From contig NC_068994.1 in assembly GCF_001194135.2 (NCBI RefSeq), positions 53,616,853 to 53,680,852 on the forward strand: a stretch of 64,000 nucleotides of DNA. The letters are read 5' to 3'. Below the pieces are notes generated by a model that saw only the letters and a program-made list of their open reading frames with translations, was not told the DNA's origin and made no database searches. Origin of the DNA: Octopus bimaculoides. Its lineage: Eukaryota. A program made the translations under genes and the position numbers. Shown here one piece after another: positions 11,101 to 26,100 of this stretch. How positions within the stretch are numbered: position 1 is the first letter of the stretch; each line of letters opens with the position of its first letter.

Positions 11101-14100
11101 TTTAAAGAATATTTCATTTATATGAAAATAGTTATTGCTGCTGTTTAATCTAGTTTAGCCTTGATCCAGGAGACATATAATCAAAGACATTCCAACTGTG
11201 ACATTCCTGTTTTTTTATTCTGACAGTGTATTTACATTAATATTATTTAATGTAGTTTTCTTTGTCAGACCTGATTCAGTAACCTTATTATTAAAGACAT
11301 TCTAGTTTGAATAATCTGTTTCATTTAATGTGATTTTCCATTTTTTTTACAGATGATAGGGTGTGAGCTGAAATAAATTTGGCTGCTATTTCAGGCAGAT
11401 TAAGCAGCTACATAAATGATTCTATATTCCTTCTCTCCATTGATGAAATTGCATTACTTATTTCTTATTTCTTTATTGCCCACAAGGGGCTAAACATAGA
11501 GGGGACAGACAAGGGTATTAAGTAGATTACATCGACACCAGTGCGTAACTGGTACTTAATTTATCGACCCTGAAAGGATGAAAGGCAAAGTCGACCTCGG
11601 CGGAATTTGACCTCGGAACGTAACAGCAGAGGAAATATTGCTAAACATTTCGCCCGGCGTGATAACATTTCTGCCAGCTCACCGTCTTAAATTGCATTAC
11701 TGCTGACTTTAATCAAGTAGTATTGTTCAGTCAAGGTCAGCTGCACGTTAAACATTACTGCAAACAATATAATCTATCCAGTGTAACTTTTATTGCTTTT
11801 TGCTGATGTGGTATAAATTAGATACAGTGGCTCTGAGGTTAAGGTGCTTGACAACTGATTGCATAGCCACATGTCCAAATCTTATTCCTTATAGATGCTG
11901 ATCATTTACTTTCATCAACTGAATGATTTTCTGATAACAATCTTCACAGCAAAACTAAGTACATGCACTCTGATATACAGTATGGTATAATATATGATTA
12001 AGCTTCGTATGTATCAGTATATTTTTTAGGAGTTTGTGCCTAAATTAAAGAGAATATGGTATTTTATACCAAGCCTGAAGACAGTTTTTACAAAGAGACA
12101 AATTTACTAGAAGCTAGTTCTTTATCACCAAATTTTCTCCACAACAAGACTTGATATATTTATATACCTATAATAAACATCTGCTGTAACCATGTCATAT
12201 TTCCTGGAGTTTTGCATCCAGAACTTGGACATCCGGTATATTCATCTATTTTTAAGACAGTAGGATAAAACTTGGAGCAAATCTAAGAGCTGTTGCATGT
12301 ACAGAATATATCATGTAATGTACTAGTAATAATATTTAAAATCATAAAAGAAAATACAAACTTTATTTTAATTCACATTATAGGGCTTACTGTAAGCCAA
12401 ACTTTATTGTAGAGTGGATATAGTTAATGTTAGTAAATCACTGTTACTTTCCTTAGTTGACACTGTGTGAAGATGGAAGGCAAGTTTGACAACTGCAACA
12501 TATGAAGTCAGAGCTTAGATTAAATACTGTTAAATCTTATATCTAGGACCCTACTATTTCTGCTTACTCATTGTTCCATCATCCTCTTGTGGTATTGTTA
12601 CAATTACTCAATGCACTACACTGGTGTGTGTGTGTGTGAGAGAGATGACAATCAAATCAAATAATAGACAAACTATATTATCTATTATTTTTTTGCAGGG
12701 GATATGGTGAACATACAGTTGTGATGGACCTTAATCCAAGCACTGAGTACATGTTTCGACTTCGATTTCATCGAAGTGATGATGATTACACTTACTGGTC
12801 ACCTCCAGTAAAAGCCATTACATGCAGTAAGTAGACATCTCAAATTATTTTATTATTTTTACTCTTTTATTGGTTCTAGTGAGTTAGAAGTCTCCATGCT
12901 GGGCTTTTTCTCATGATTTTTTCTTTTCATATTTAATATTTACAAATTTTCTGTGAATGTTAAATTTTTGAAATATTGGGTTGATATTTTGCCTATGGTT
13001 AACATTTATGGTTTACTTAACCTGAATGAGCTCTTAATCTTCATCACTCTGAGAGATGGAGCTAATGTTCGATGGGGAATGCATCGTCAACATGACAAGC
13101 TCTTTGATTCTGAAGGTCTTTATGGATTGTCGTATTGAGTAAGTGAATTTTAATATTTGTGTGTGCATAAATGTATATATTTGCTTTCTCTTTAACAATA
13201 TTTCACTTCTTTGTGTATGTGAGTGGTTACAGATTAGGATGTTTGAACATTTATCACCACCACAACCATTCTCCTCTTCATCATCATCATTCTAGTCATT
13301 GCTAACCCCTACTTCTTCCTTGCCCCTTTGTCCTCCCTTTAACTATCATCAAGGTCATCATTTTTGCCATCATCATTAATTTTTAAGTCTGTTTTACCAG
13401 TCTGGCATCGATTGGACAACTTTACAATTCATCAACTGACTGTGCATCTTGGCTCTACTTCATCTCTTCTGTGAGATATCCCATGTTCTCAATCAAAAGT
13501 TTTGACTGGCTTCTTCCCAAGTCCTCCTTGTATCTCAGGTAATTCCTGTTTCTACTCTGAGGACACATTTGGAGGTGTTTTAGTTACTTATTCTCTCTCA
13601 GCTAGATGTTCTTCTTATTGATAAGCACTCAACCATAAACTAAGAATTGAAACTGTGGTTGTCAGTCAGACAGGCTAAGGTATATATTCACTTGCTTTGC
13701 CCAGAAGCATCCTTATTCTCACATCTGAGTTAGTTCATGGTTGTTGTTATTGTCTATGTCCATCCCCACCTAATGAAACTGTTCAAGTAGAACAAAGATA
13801 AAAGCCATTCCAACTATGACCTCTTGTTTTTAATTTCTGTTACTATCAGTTATTTTTCTAATAAGCCTGCTGGCTATTTACAACATCAGTGCCTGAAAAG
13901 ACGCAGAAATTCGACAGATCATTGACAGTGAGATTTGGCTGTTTGGTAGCTACTGGACTTCTGCCACTGATGAGCCTAGGCAGGACAAAATCACGTGGTC
14001 TGGAAATTCCAGTACCCATAGCAGACAATCCCATCTGCCAACAATATAAATATGAGTGCTTTTATGCACCATGCATCCATATAAGAGGTTCTCTCAAGGT

Positions 14101-17100
14101 AAATAACACGGTATTCAGTGTTCTAACACAACATCCAAGTTAAGCTGCATGTTTGCTTGAGTGTTTATGCTTCTGAATGTATATGCATGAGTGGTCTGCA
14201 TGTATGTGCATGAATGTGTGTGAACATGTATCTTCACCCCTTTGTAAGAGTGTGAGTTACCAATAACCTCTTTAAACACTAAAAATGAACCAATGAAGGA
14301 GCAGCCTCTCCTTGCTTGAAATAGTAGTCACATCCCATTTAAATTATATCTCACTGTCTTTAAAATGGGATGATACAGCAATAAATAATACTCTCAGATA
14401 AACTGTCTGAACAAAAGATAGGGTAGTCATGGCAGGAATATCTTGATTTTGTAGAACACCAACAAAAGTATACAACTAGGCTATCAACAATAGTATATTA
14501 TTGACCAAGACAGCATTACTGGACAACCAAGTTAAGCAAAGAGTCAGTGGTTCACTTCTCATCACTGGCTTTGAGCTATTTTTTCCCATATGCTACATTA
14601 ATATATCTCTGCTCAAGCTAACAAAAGACCTGCACAGTTGCCTGAGTTGCTAGAACTAACAGCAAATTTTCCTTCACACACACTGCACCATTATAAAAAA
14701 AAGGAAAGAACACACGAGATAATGTAGTCCTAGATACCTGGGATGGTTACATTTGGAATGTCTTTGCTTACAGGTCTTCTCTATCAAGGTTGACCCAAAG
14801 TAGAATACAAAGAAGAATAACAACATAGCTCTATATTCATTCATTCTTTTTTCATTATTAATTTAGATAATTAAAATTGATCCACAACAGACTCCAGGAG
14901 TAATTTTTGCAAATTCTGGTGATTATATTTAATTAAAATTAAGTTAGTGATTAAATATATAAATTGATTTCATCCATTTAAATTTCTTTTTTCTATAGAG
15001 GAACCATTCTATGGAGAGAACTTACACAAAGCTGTACATCGCCAGAAAATTTCCGAAATTGTGGATGTGCTAAAGTCTGGGTAAAGCACTGACATTTCCC
15101 TTCTGTATTTTTGTTTCTTGATCATCATTATTATTTATGTTAATATTTCTTCTCTTAATTTCATTTTGTTAACTTCTGTTTCATTGTTGTATTGTTATCT
15201 CTTGAGTATCTTCCCTCATCATGTTTAATATCTCTGCTATTGTTGTAATCCTTATTTTCATTGACATCTTTAACATCATATTAATCATCGTCACTGTATC
15301 ATTACCATTTTTCTTTAATCAATGCAAACACAATCACCATAACCACCACCACAAGCATCATCCTCATTTGTCATTATCGCCACGATTAAGCACATAAATA
15401 CTACCATCACTACTATCATTATTTGCAGCAAAAGTAGCATCACCATCTAGCCTAGAAAGATGATACTTTGAAAGTAATTGAAATTGCTCAATATAGCAAA
15501 AAAATAAAATTCCTATGACTTCTGTTTTTTCAATATTAGGAACAACTAAGGTGACGAGCTGGCAGAATCATTAGCATGCTGGGTGAAATGTTTGGCAGCA
15601 TTTTGTCTTTCTTCATATTCTGAGTTCAAATTCTGTCGAGATCAACTTTGCCTTTCATCCTCTTGGGAACAATGAAATAAGTACCAGCCAAGTACTGGGG
15701 TCACTGTAATTGATTTACCACCCCCTCCAAATTTACTGGCCTTGTACCAGAATATGAACTCGATATTAGGGACAACAGTTTATGAAACTACTATTTATAA
15801 TGGGGCCCTTGGGCCAAACCAGTTTACAGCCTTATTTCATCTTGTCTGACATCTTCATTGAAATATGTAACGTTATATAGAAAAATTGTTTGTTTTCTTT
15901 ATCTACCTTTGGTTAGTCAATAATAAAATTCAGTATCAAAAAATAAAGTAAGTCTAATTTTTTCATTTGCCTGAAATGAATCAATGTTTTATATTAAGAA
16001 AAAAGTGATAAAAAATTAAAACTTCTCCAGGTACAGTATTTTAAACAGTAAACATTTACACCTTCCTAGAATGGCGCAACAGAGACTAACACAGTATTGT
16101 TTATACAAAACATTAAAATAATTATAAAAAAACAGAAATGTTCATGGTACGATTTTAGTTTCATTTATTATTTTCTTCGACCAACAAAACTTAAAAGCAT
16201 CTGCAAGAACCCATAAAGACAAGCAAAATGTCATGGGCAAAATGCCATAGGCAAAATGCCACAGGCAAAAGGCCATGGGCAAAATGCCACTAAGCATTTT
16301 GCCTGGCATGCTGACAGTTCTGCCAGCTCACCACCTCAGTAGTAGCAGCAGCAGCATAATAGAGGAGGAGGAAGAGCTTGTTCAACATAACCTGGAACTA
16401 AATGAGAACAACAACCCTTATAAGTGACTGCTAGAGACATGTACTCCTGTCTGATAATATTTCAAGAACTGGTAGCTTCCATTCTGCTTAAATATCCATT
16501 AGCCTCAGTCTCATATTTTGTGTTATTTTTTAAAAAAACAAAATCTTTTGTTCCTTATCCTCAAGTAACTAATGATGACAATGTGGTTGCAGTGAGAATG
16601 AATATGAATGCTGATGGTGATAAATACTAATGATAATGATCCTAGTTATAGCCATGAAGATCATTAATCTGATTATTACACTGAAAGTGATGAGAATTAA
16701 TATAGCAATGGTTAATAATGATTGTGACAGTAAGATGATGTTAATGAAAATGACAATGATTATGATGATTATATTACTGATAACAGTTTTCCATAATGTA
16801 TTACAGAAATATCACAGTTGATGTGACAGATAATCATGGTCTAAGTGCACTAATGAATGCAGCAAAACGGGGCCAACCTGAGTAAGTACCTATTGTATAT
16901 ATATATATAGTCTTGTGGTGTGCATAATATCTGACATTGAAGTGAAATAGCGAAGTGGATAAGGTATAAAACTACAAGCTCATAAGTTTTTGAGTTCAAA
17001 TCCATTTCAGGTATTGTATTGGGTATTTGGATAGCACAGTTAATTCTAGTCTCGCTCAGTTTTCCTAGATGTCAGAAATAAAAACTAGAAATACAAAGAT

Positions 17101-20100
17101 AGACCGGCATCATAGCCAGAAGCAGATGCACCTTACACCAAAATGATGTCATGAAACCAAAGATAAATAGTGAAACTTAAAAGCCACTGACTTAGGAATC
17201 ATTTACATTTGACAATTATGATGCCATGTATATATAAAGTCTTTTGATGTGTACAGTGTGTTGTGGTTATGGAGTGTATGGGGTTTTGTGATTATGGTGT
17301 GTATAAGATCTTGCAATCATAGTGCCTGCAAAGTCTTTTGTTTGTGGTATATGTGAAGACTTGTAGTTATGGGGTGTCTGTTATGATGTGTATAATGCAT
17401 TGAGCTTATAATTACATGGTGTATAAAGTATTATTATAACAGTGTGTTTGAAGTATTGTGGTAATGACGTGCATGAAGTCTTATAGTTATGTTGTGTATT
17501 AAGATCTTGTATTTATGGCATGTTTTCTCTTTTGTGGTTTGGATGTGTATAATGTCTTATTGTTATGTGTTCAAGGTACTGAAGTTATGGTTTGTATAGG
17601 GTTTTGCAATTAAACCATATTTATATAAGGATTTGTGAGTATCTTCAGTGGTTAAGATTTATGAAATCTTGTGGGTATTTTTTTGTGGTTAAGATATATG
17701 AAGTCTTATGGACCGATGTGGTGCGTATGGAATTTAGTTGTATTCATAAGGTGTAGTCTTCAAAGGTGTTAAATATTAATCTTTTGATATGTGTTAAATC
17801 TTATTGTAGGTATAAAGTATAGTAGTGTGTGTGCACACAATCTAGAAATTTTATTTTAAGATATGAGGCCTATGTATATTGCCTTGTATATATACAAATC
17901 TTGGTAGGAGTCTCAACTGTTGGAGCTATAAATTGTTTTCAGGAATGTCACCTCTAGGCCTGCAAAATATTCTGTGCTTAGTTAGGTTAAAACGTTAAAT
18001 ATTAATTATTAAATATTTGAAGTAAGTGGTTTTCAATACGTATAAAAATGCTGATTTAATGCATGAAATTTGAAATTCAATGTATAATTCAGTAAATACT
18101 TAATATTTTGATGTTAGACTTCCTTCCTGCCTTTCAATAGAAACATACATATATAAACATACATACAGACATGCATACTTAGGTACATGATATGAATATA
18201 GCAGAATGCATTTATTTAACCGGCTAATCTACTGACTCTGTAATTCACTGCTTTTTGTATTTATTGTACCATAAGCTCTAGTAAGTAACTGCATCACATT
18301 CTGAAGTGTCTTCCTTCATATTTCAGAATTATGAAAGTATTGTTGTCTTATAATGCTTCTATTTCTTGCAAAGATGAAGCAGGGAAAACAGCGTGAGTAT
18401 TTAGAATCAACTTCTTTTCATTCAAATATAATGATGGTACAGGAACAGAGGTTTGACAACTGCATTTTGTCTTGACACATTATAGTAATAACACTAACTT
18501 CTCAAAATTTATCACTGGTCAGTTGCCTTCTTTCTCTAGATTTTCACCCACTTTGTAGTAACATATTAAATTGGAATAAAATGGGATGGTATTTCTCTGG
18601 TAGAATGACATAAAATATTTCTTTTCCAAGATTAAAAGCAAGCCCTGGGTCAACCAGCATCCTATGAATGAATTTAGTAGACATAAACTGAAATAAGTAA
18701 GTAATGTGTGTATGTGCTTGTGTGTGAGTGTGTCTCCTTGTCTTGCTATTGTGATAGATGTAAATGTATGCCCTTATCATTTCAAATGGCGTCATTCCTT
18801 TCCAATCTTCCCCGAAAACATGCCCCAGCTTGGGGGAAATATTAACTTGCTTGAAAATAGGGAAGGGTTGGAAGCAGGAAGCGCATTCAGTAATGGAAAA
18901 ACTGCCTTAATGGATTTTATTTGATCATGCAAGCATGGAAAAGTGGACATAAAAAAGATAATGTTAGTGATGATGTGTGTGTGAGTGTGTGTTTGCAAGG
19001 AAATATGTTTAACATACTATTAACATAAAGTTTATGGGATCATGCCAACTTTGTCTCCTTCAGTAATAAAAAGATACAATCATTGCACATATCAAGAAAA
19101 CATTATTGCACTTCACTAAATATGAACAGTGTACTACCAGAAACTCCATGATTATTTCAGATGTTAGGTGTCTCTATCCTGTTAAATGCACATCTTCAAC
19201 ATAGCAAAAACTGCATCACAATGAGATTAAAAGAATGAAACAAGAAAACAAACTGAAATTTAAATTTAAAATCACAAAAAAATATTATTATATTTAGATA
19301 TGCTTGAATTTTATCTTCACCCAATCATTTTTATATAGGGAAATACTTCGTCTTCATTTATTTGAAATTTCAAACCGAGACAAAAAAAGTTTAAATTGAT
19401 AGTGAAATTTTTTTTTTTTTTCAATTTTTTTGAGGTTACCCTAGTCTAATGCATGCCTGCATTTATGGCCAGCTATCAACTGTAAAAATCCTGTGCAAAA
19501 ATGGTGCACTCTATGAAGATTATGATTTGGGTGGTACTACTCCATTGCATTATGCCATTGACAGCTGCAACTGTGATCTCATTGAGTGGATGATTGGAGA
19601 TGGAGCAAATGTGAACATTCAAGACAAAAATGCTGGTTGGACTCCATTGATGCGATGTGGTGAGTTCTGAATTTGTAGTTGTAAATCAGAAACAGTTGTT
19701 AAAGGTAGCAAGCTGACAGAATTGTTAGAGATTTGGAAGAAATACTTTGAGGTATTTCTTTCAGTTCTTTACATTCTGAGTTCAAATCCTGCCAAGATCA
19801 ACTTTGCCTTTCATCTCTTTCGGGTCAGTCAAGTAAAAGTCTAGAACTGGAGCAATGGTATTGAATAACCCCCTTCCTTAAAATTGTGCCAAAATCAGAA
19901 AAAGGAGGTGAAATGGCATGATTGTTAGAGCATTGGATAAATGATTTGCCAATGTTTCTTCTGACTCTACAATCTGAGTTCAAATCCTACAGAGTCTACT
20001 TTCATCTTTTGTGGTTGATAAAATAAGTACCACAACTTTAGGGCCAATGTAATTAACCTGCCCTTTCCCCAAAAAATTTGGCCTTGTGCCAAAGTTTGAA

Positions 20101-23100
20101 ACCAACAATGGTGAACAAGCAGAATCATTAGCAGTATTTCATTCATCATTACATTCTAAGTTCAAATTTCACTAAGATTGACTTTGCTTTTCACCTTTTC
20201 AGGGTCAATAAAATAAGTACCAGTTGAGCGCTGGAGTCAATGTGATCAACTTATATCCTCCCACAAAATTCAAAACCATTATTATGATCATCATCATCGT
20301 CATAGAATTTTAGAACACTGAAATGCTTGAAACAGTGGATCATCACCAATCTGTCAACTGTTAACATTTTGTGGTCTAATTTCACAGATTTAACTGGAAT
20401 GTTGTACCAGAGTTCTTTTAAAGAAAGAATGGAATGCATCCTGTTTCTGATGTATCTCTAGTATGATTATCAAGAGCATTTCTTTCTAGAGTTAGCACTG
20501 TATATAGTTTTTACTGTATTGTTAAGTCTTATTGAAAAATAATGCATTGTGAGCATTTCAGGAGCATCAGCAACTGCTCCAAACGTGTAAGTCTTACTTT
20601 GTAGAGAGTCAGCAACTGATAAGAACTAAAGTATTTTTTGTCCTTAAAGCAGAATGCTAGTTTTGGGGATAAAGTATTAACTAAATTGTGGTCATCAGGG
20701 AAGACCATCAGAGATGGTGAGGCTTAATTTTTGTAGTATGTTTGAATGTTTTAGTGGTGTGTTGTTCAAGACTTGACAGAGCAAAGTACACAATTGCTTC
20801 CTTGACATGAACAGTGATTGAGTTCTTGTGCTGTTGAAAGAAATAAGATTATCTTGTGCCAGTTAAAATATATGTACCCATGAATAAGCAGCATGTTTGT
20901 TAAATTAAGTAATCTTTCTACTAAGAAATACTTATCTATGCATATTTGACATGATGCTTACTATTTTTTCTAATATTCTCAGCTTCTCTCCATGGTAACA
21001 AATTAGTTGCTTATACATTGATCCACTGTAAAGCCGATATTGATGTCAGGGACATAAATGGGAAGACCTGCTTAATGATTGCTGTCGTCAATGGCCATCT
21101 ACAACTTGTGGAACTGCTCTTGGAGTACAATGCTAATGTTACAATATACAATACAGTTAGTAGACTGCCATTCTATTTATTTTTCATGTAAGATCATAAT
21201 TATTGTTGTTGCTATTTAGTGATGCAAAGTATTCCAGCTTGTCCAGCCCAGCATTTTGTATGTCAGGGACTACATTATTCATCTTCCCTTCTTTATATCA
21301 GATGGTAGAGTCTAATTTAATGAAAATTTGGCTATTACTTCTAGCAGTTCAACTAACAATATAGAATCCTTCTCACATATTAGTCAATATTATTGCTGTA
21401 CTAGAGAATTGTAGGAAATGGAACTTAAGATTAAATATGCACATTACATCATCTAATTATTTTTTAATTTTCTAGGCCTAGTCATTAGAAATTTTTTATT
21501 AATTTCTTCTACTATCTTACAACCATTTTCCTGCCCATGATCCCATTTGTGGGTATGACTCCTGTTGGAACAATTTTCACAGCTAATACTACTCATACTA
21601 TTAACCACTCAACTGAGAAGTAGACGTGAGAACTGCTTTCTGTTTTGTTCAGTCAGGCAACCTGATGCTAGGAGAGTTATGTACCTTGCTCAAAAGCATA
21701 ACACTAAGGCTACACTAATTTTCATTTGAACGATAATCATGTGGTATAGCTTACATTTATTATATGTAATAATAATAATAATAATAATAACTGGTTGTCT
21801 CTTGAGGTCTCTGGGTGAGACTTCGAATCAACTTGTACAAATACAAAGGAAAAGTCAAACATATACTAATAATGATAATAATAAATGCCTTGATGCAGTA
21901 CCAGACACTGGCTCTCATGGCTTCTGATCTTAACTGATTGGAAGTTTTTGTACATGTACATGTTTTGTCTTGGTATAAAAGATGGGCTGCAACAAATATT
22001 CTGCTCAGTACCACAGATTTGCTTGTCAGTTATTTGACCTTAACCATTTGAGTGTGTCCCTTAGTGGCTGATGGTATGTGTATCTCTGATCATGTGCAAG
22101 AGTAGTGGGGGAGCATCAAAGCCATGTGTTGAGAGGAATTATTTGGGGTTTGAATAATTCACCTCTGGAAACATGGGTGTTTTGTTCAACATCCTGAAAC
22201 AACCCTTATTCAGGGACCTTTTGAACGGGATGGGCTATTTGACCTAAAGAAAATTCTAACTGGGACTCCCACCTGCAAGGTCATGCACTGTTTATCTTGA
22301 TATGAGATCACCATGTTGCGCACATATGGTTGTGATGCATGTGCCCGATGTACCCTTATCAGACAAGTAGTCATGATGAGTATACTGGGCTTTGTATATT
22401 TTACCCCAGTGTCTCTTTGATGGCATGCACTGCTCTCTCTCACTCAATAATAATAATAATAATAGTGAGAATTACATAAACACAGGGAGTTCAGGTGGTT
22501 GCATTTCAACAAACTAGTATATGACTGGTTCTTTATTTTATTGATCCCAAAAGGAAGAAAAGCTAAATCAACTCTAGTAGGATTTGAACTCAGAATGTAA
22601 AATAATATAACTAAATACCTGCAGTCTCAATTAGTGAGGGTGTCAGCTGTGGTATTTAAAAGACTGTCACTATTAAAAAATATATACTGAATTACAGAAA
22701 ACTCAGTTTAGTTATATAAGTGATAGGCATGGCTATGTGTATTACTGAGTTATCTTTTACACATATCACTGTAAACAGCCTTCCATTGTCAATGAGTTTT
22801 CCGATACTTAATGATGATGCATATTATCTGTGACAGGTGGAGACAAACTGACTATCCACACCACTGATTACCATATGGCATTTTTGTCTGGTGTTTTGAT
22901 ACTCATTTCCTCACTAATAATACTTATTTGAACCAATAAAATTATAAATTGTTGCTGTTATTATTATTGTTGTAATTGTTGCTGCAGCTATTGTTATTGT
23001 TGTCAATTAGTGTAATGGAATGGTAGACTTAATACCTTCATGGATTTCCCTATGTCCCTTTATTTAATAACTTCAAATAAACTCAATGTCAAGACTACTG

Positions 23101-26100
23101 TTATTAAATCCAAGGCCTATAAAATCAGTGCTAGTCAAATACTGAAGTTGGTTTGTTGACTGTTCCATCTCCTGAAATGTGTGGCCTTGTGCCTATGGTA
23201 AAAATCATTATTATCATTATTACTATTATGGAAGGGTTGATTCAACTGATACATTACCCATTCTGCTACTAAAGATGGCCTTAACATTTAGAAAAAAATC
23301 AATATTATATATGAACAACCGTTATCTCTTGTATTGCATTTTTATCCTTATCTTTTTCAGAGTGGCCGTACTGCATATCAAATAGCTGTTTCCCTTGAAA
23401 GAAGAGTGAGTAGATACATCATTGAAGTTAAATTTTACTGGTGGATTGGATCATAATTGTCATGGTTCTTCTCAACTTCAAATCTAACTCTGGGAAAGTA
23501 CAGCTGCTGCACATACACTGATTACCAAATATTCACTCAGCCAATATTCTGTTACCTCTAGCACACTGAGGTACTCTATCCTCTCACTCTCTACATATAT
23601 TTATGCTCTGTCCCTGTCTTTTCTACTGAAATAGCAAGATATGTACAACTTCCCTTGTTCTGATACTCTTAACACTCTTAATGCAACCTTAAATGTCCTA
23701 CTCAGATTTATAACTTTTTGAACCCACATTTTTCAAGACAAACATCACCACATTGATTTAACCTACATCAGGAAGGCTGTTAAAGACAATGATTACTGTC
23801 TCTTCTTCCTTGTAGTTCATAATAATAATAATAATAATTCTTTTATTAGCTACAAGGGCTCACATACAATAACATTAAATGACATAACACAGACATTAAA
23901 GACAACACGAGACAAAGGGTTTTACAGCGTGTAAACAATATATTACAATAAAAAATTAAACAAATTAAAACTCCTAATAGGGGAGGTGCTTTAAAGTCCT
24001 CATGGAAAAACCCACAAAACGCATGGGTGTTTGATCAACAGGGCAAGAGCCCTTCCCTTTTAATTTTTTACTGGTGTATATTCAGAACCGGTCCCTTCAC
24101 ACTGGCCATTCTTCCAACATTCACCCACCTTTCAACAAACTTGCTAGAAGGCAACACATCTCTCTCCACCCTCAACTTCCTTTTCAAGTGAAATTTGAAA
24201 AAGTCGTTGAGGGCTTGGCCAAAGAGGAAAGTGTCTGTCTTTAGCCCTTTCAAGCAGGTCTGCCATACTACCTCTTTCACTACAGCCACTAGACAAAAAA
24301 AAATTGCTTGCCCCTCTCAGCTAAAAGAGGGCAGCGGGGCAATCTTCACAATGGATTCAACTGATAGTTGGATCCATCCTATATGTGACAGTAGGTGGTC
24401 AACATAAACCCACAGGTCAGCAATACTTAGACACTGGACGAGGGCATGTAGAGCAGTTTCATCATTCTGCATACACCTCAGGTAGGCCCGGCTGATGGCA
24501 TTTCCGTGCCTGTACAGTTTATCTCAAACAGGAATAATCCTTGGTAGCACTGCCAGGCAAGGAATTTCAGAAAGTTATCCATAGGCTCAGGCCTGAAAGT
24601 TCTCCGAAACAAACCAGTTAGTTGATCTTCATCAACACCCAGTTTCCTCAAGAATGTTGACACACTTTCCCTCCACTAGCCCTCTATAGAAAGCTAGAGT
24701 GGAACTACTACCAATGACATTGCACGCCTGGCAGAGAGCTGTGAGCGCTTGACAGCACTCAAGGTGCCAAGTGCACCTCCTCAATCTACGCCTAATCCAG
24801 GTTTGTAGCTCAGTCAAAGAGACGAGCTGTAGAAAAGTGTGCCTGACAAACGGTGACCACACCTGCTTACCATTAAGGAAATGCTGGAGATGCTGTAGCC
24901 TGAGTGCATGAACAACTACAGCATGCCCAACCCTTCATTCAGCCACTGTTGACAGCAGATGGAGCGCTTAACCAGTGGAACGTTCCCCTTCCACAGAAAG
25001 TGGAAGAGTAAACACACCAGCCACAAGGCAAGTGACGATGGTCAAGCGATAATAGATGATGGATAAGATGTACACATTTGCCACCTTGGCTTGACCTTTC
25101 AGCAACAGATTCCTCTCAGCCCGTTTCTGGGTGAGATTAGCTACCCTGCTCATCACTTTGTCCCAGTTTTTCTCCACCTGGAGGTCTGGACCAAAGCAGA
25201 CTCTGAGCAATTTAACTGGACCATCTGTCCAGTGCCCCATGATGCTGTTGGACAGCATGGACTTGCCTCTCCAAGTGCCGAGTTGCAAGCCCACTGACTT
25301 TTTCACATTAATTTTTGCTTAATGTGAAAAAGTCATATTCTTGTAGTGTGTTGTCAATTCTTCATATTCTTGTAGTGTGTCGTCAATCAGGTTTATATGC
25401 CTGTGGCTCAGCACTATGATGGTGACATCGTCAGCGTAAGCAGACACACACTCCCACATCCTAGATCATGTGGGACACCCTTCAAAGTCTCTGACTTCCT
25501 CAGTAATGGCTCAAGAGTCAGTACATACAGAAGGGAGGAGAGAGGGCACCCTTGATAGATCAAACGCAAGATGCTGAATGGCTCTGACAGGTGACCATTC
25601 ACCCAAACAACCGAGCAGATGCCACTATACAAAGCAGCAATCCAACCGCAGGAAACTAGACCAAAACTGGATACCCTGAGGACAGTTGCCAAGTCTTGAT
25701 GGTTGATTCTATCTGATCAGAGCTCCACCCATGCCAACTTCGTTACCCTACCTCTCTATGATGTAGCGCATAAGACAGAGGTTGTCCTGAATAGTCCTGG
25801 TTGGGATGGTGCATGTTTGCACCTCGCTAACCAGCTTGTCCACAACAAGCACCAACCTCTTGGCTAACACCCTGGCCAAAATCTTCAACTCTGCATTGAG
25901 CAGAATGATGAGCTTAAAATTTTCTATAATGTCCCTCTTGTTTGAGTCCTTTCTCAGCAGTGTCACTGCCCCCCACCCCCGACATACAAAAGTAGAAATT
26001 CTCCTATTATGCTGCTAGTTGCAATAGACATCTGCTAAGAGTCCTGCAAACAAGTCCGGCATCGAAATATAAAGCTTGTAGGGCAGACCATCCAAACCCG

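Noticed and set aside
13963-13995. CTGATGAG plus short stem, hammerhead-like
   Set aside because: GAAA core absent.
16294-16303. Inverted unit after the 14-bp tandem repeat suggesting a TIR
   Set aside because: Explained by the internal sequence of the adjacent SINE.
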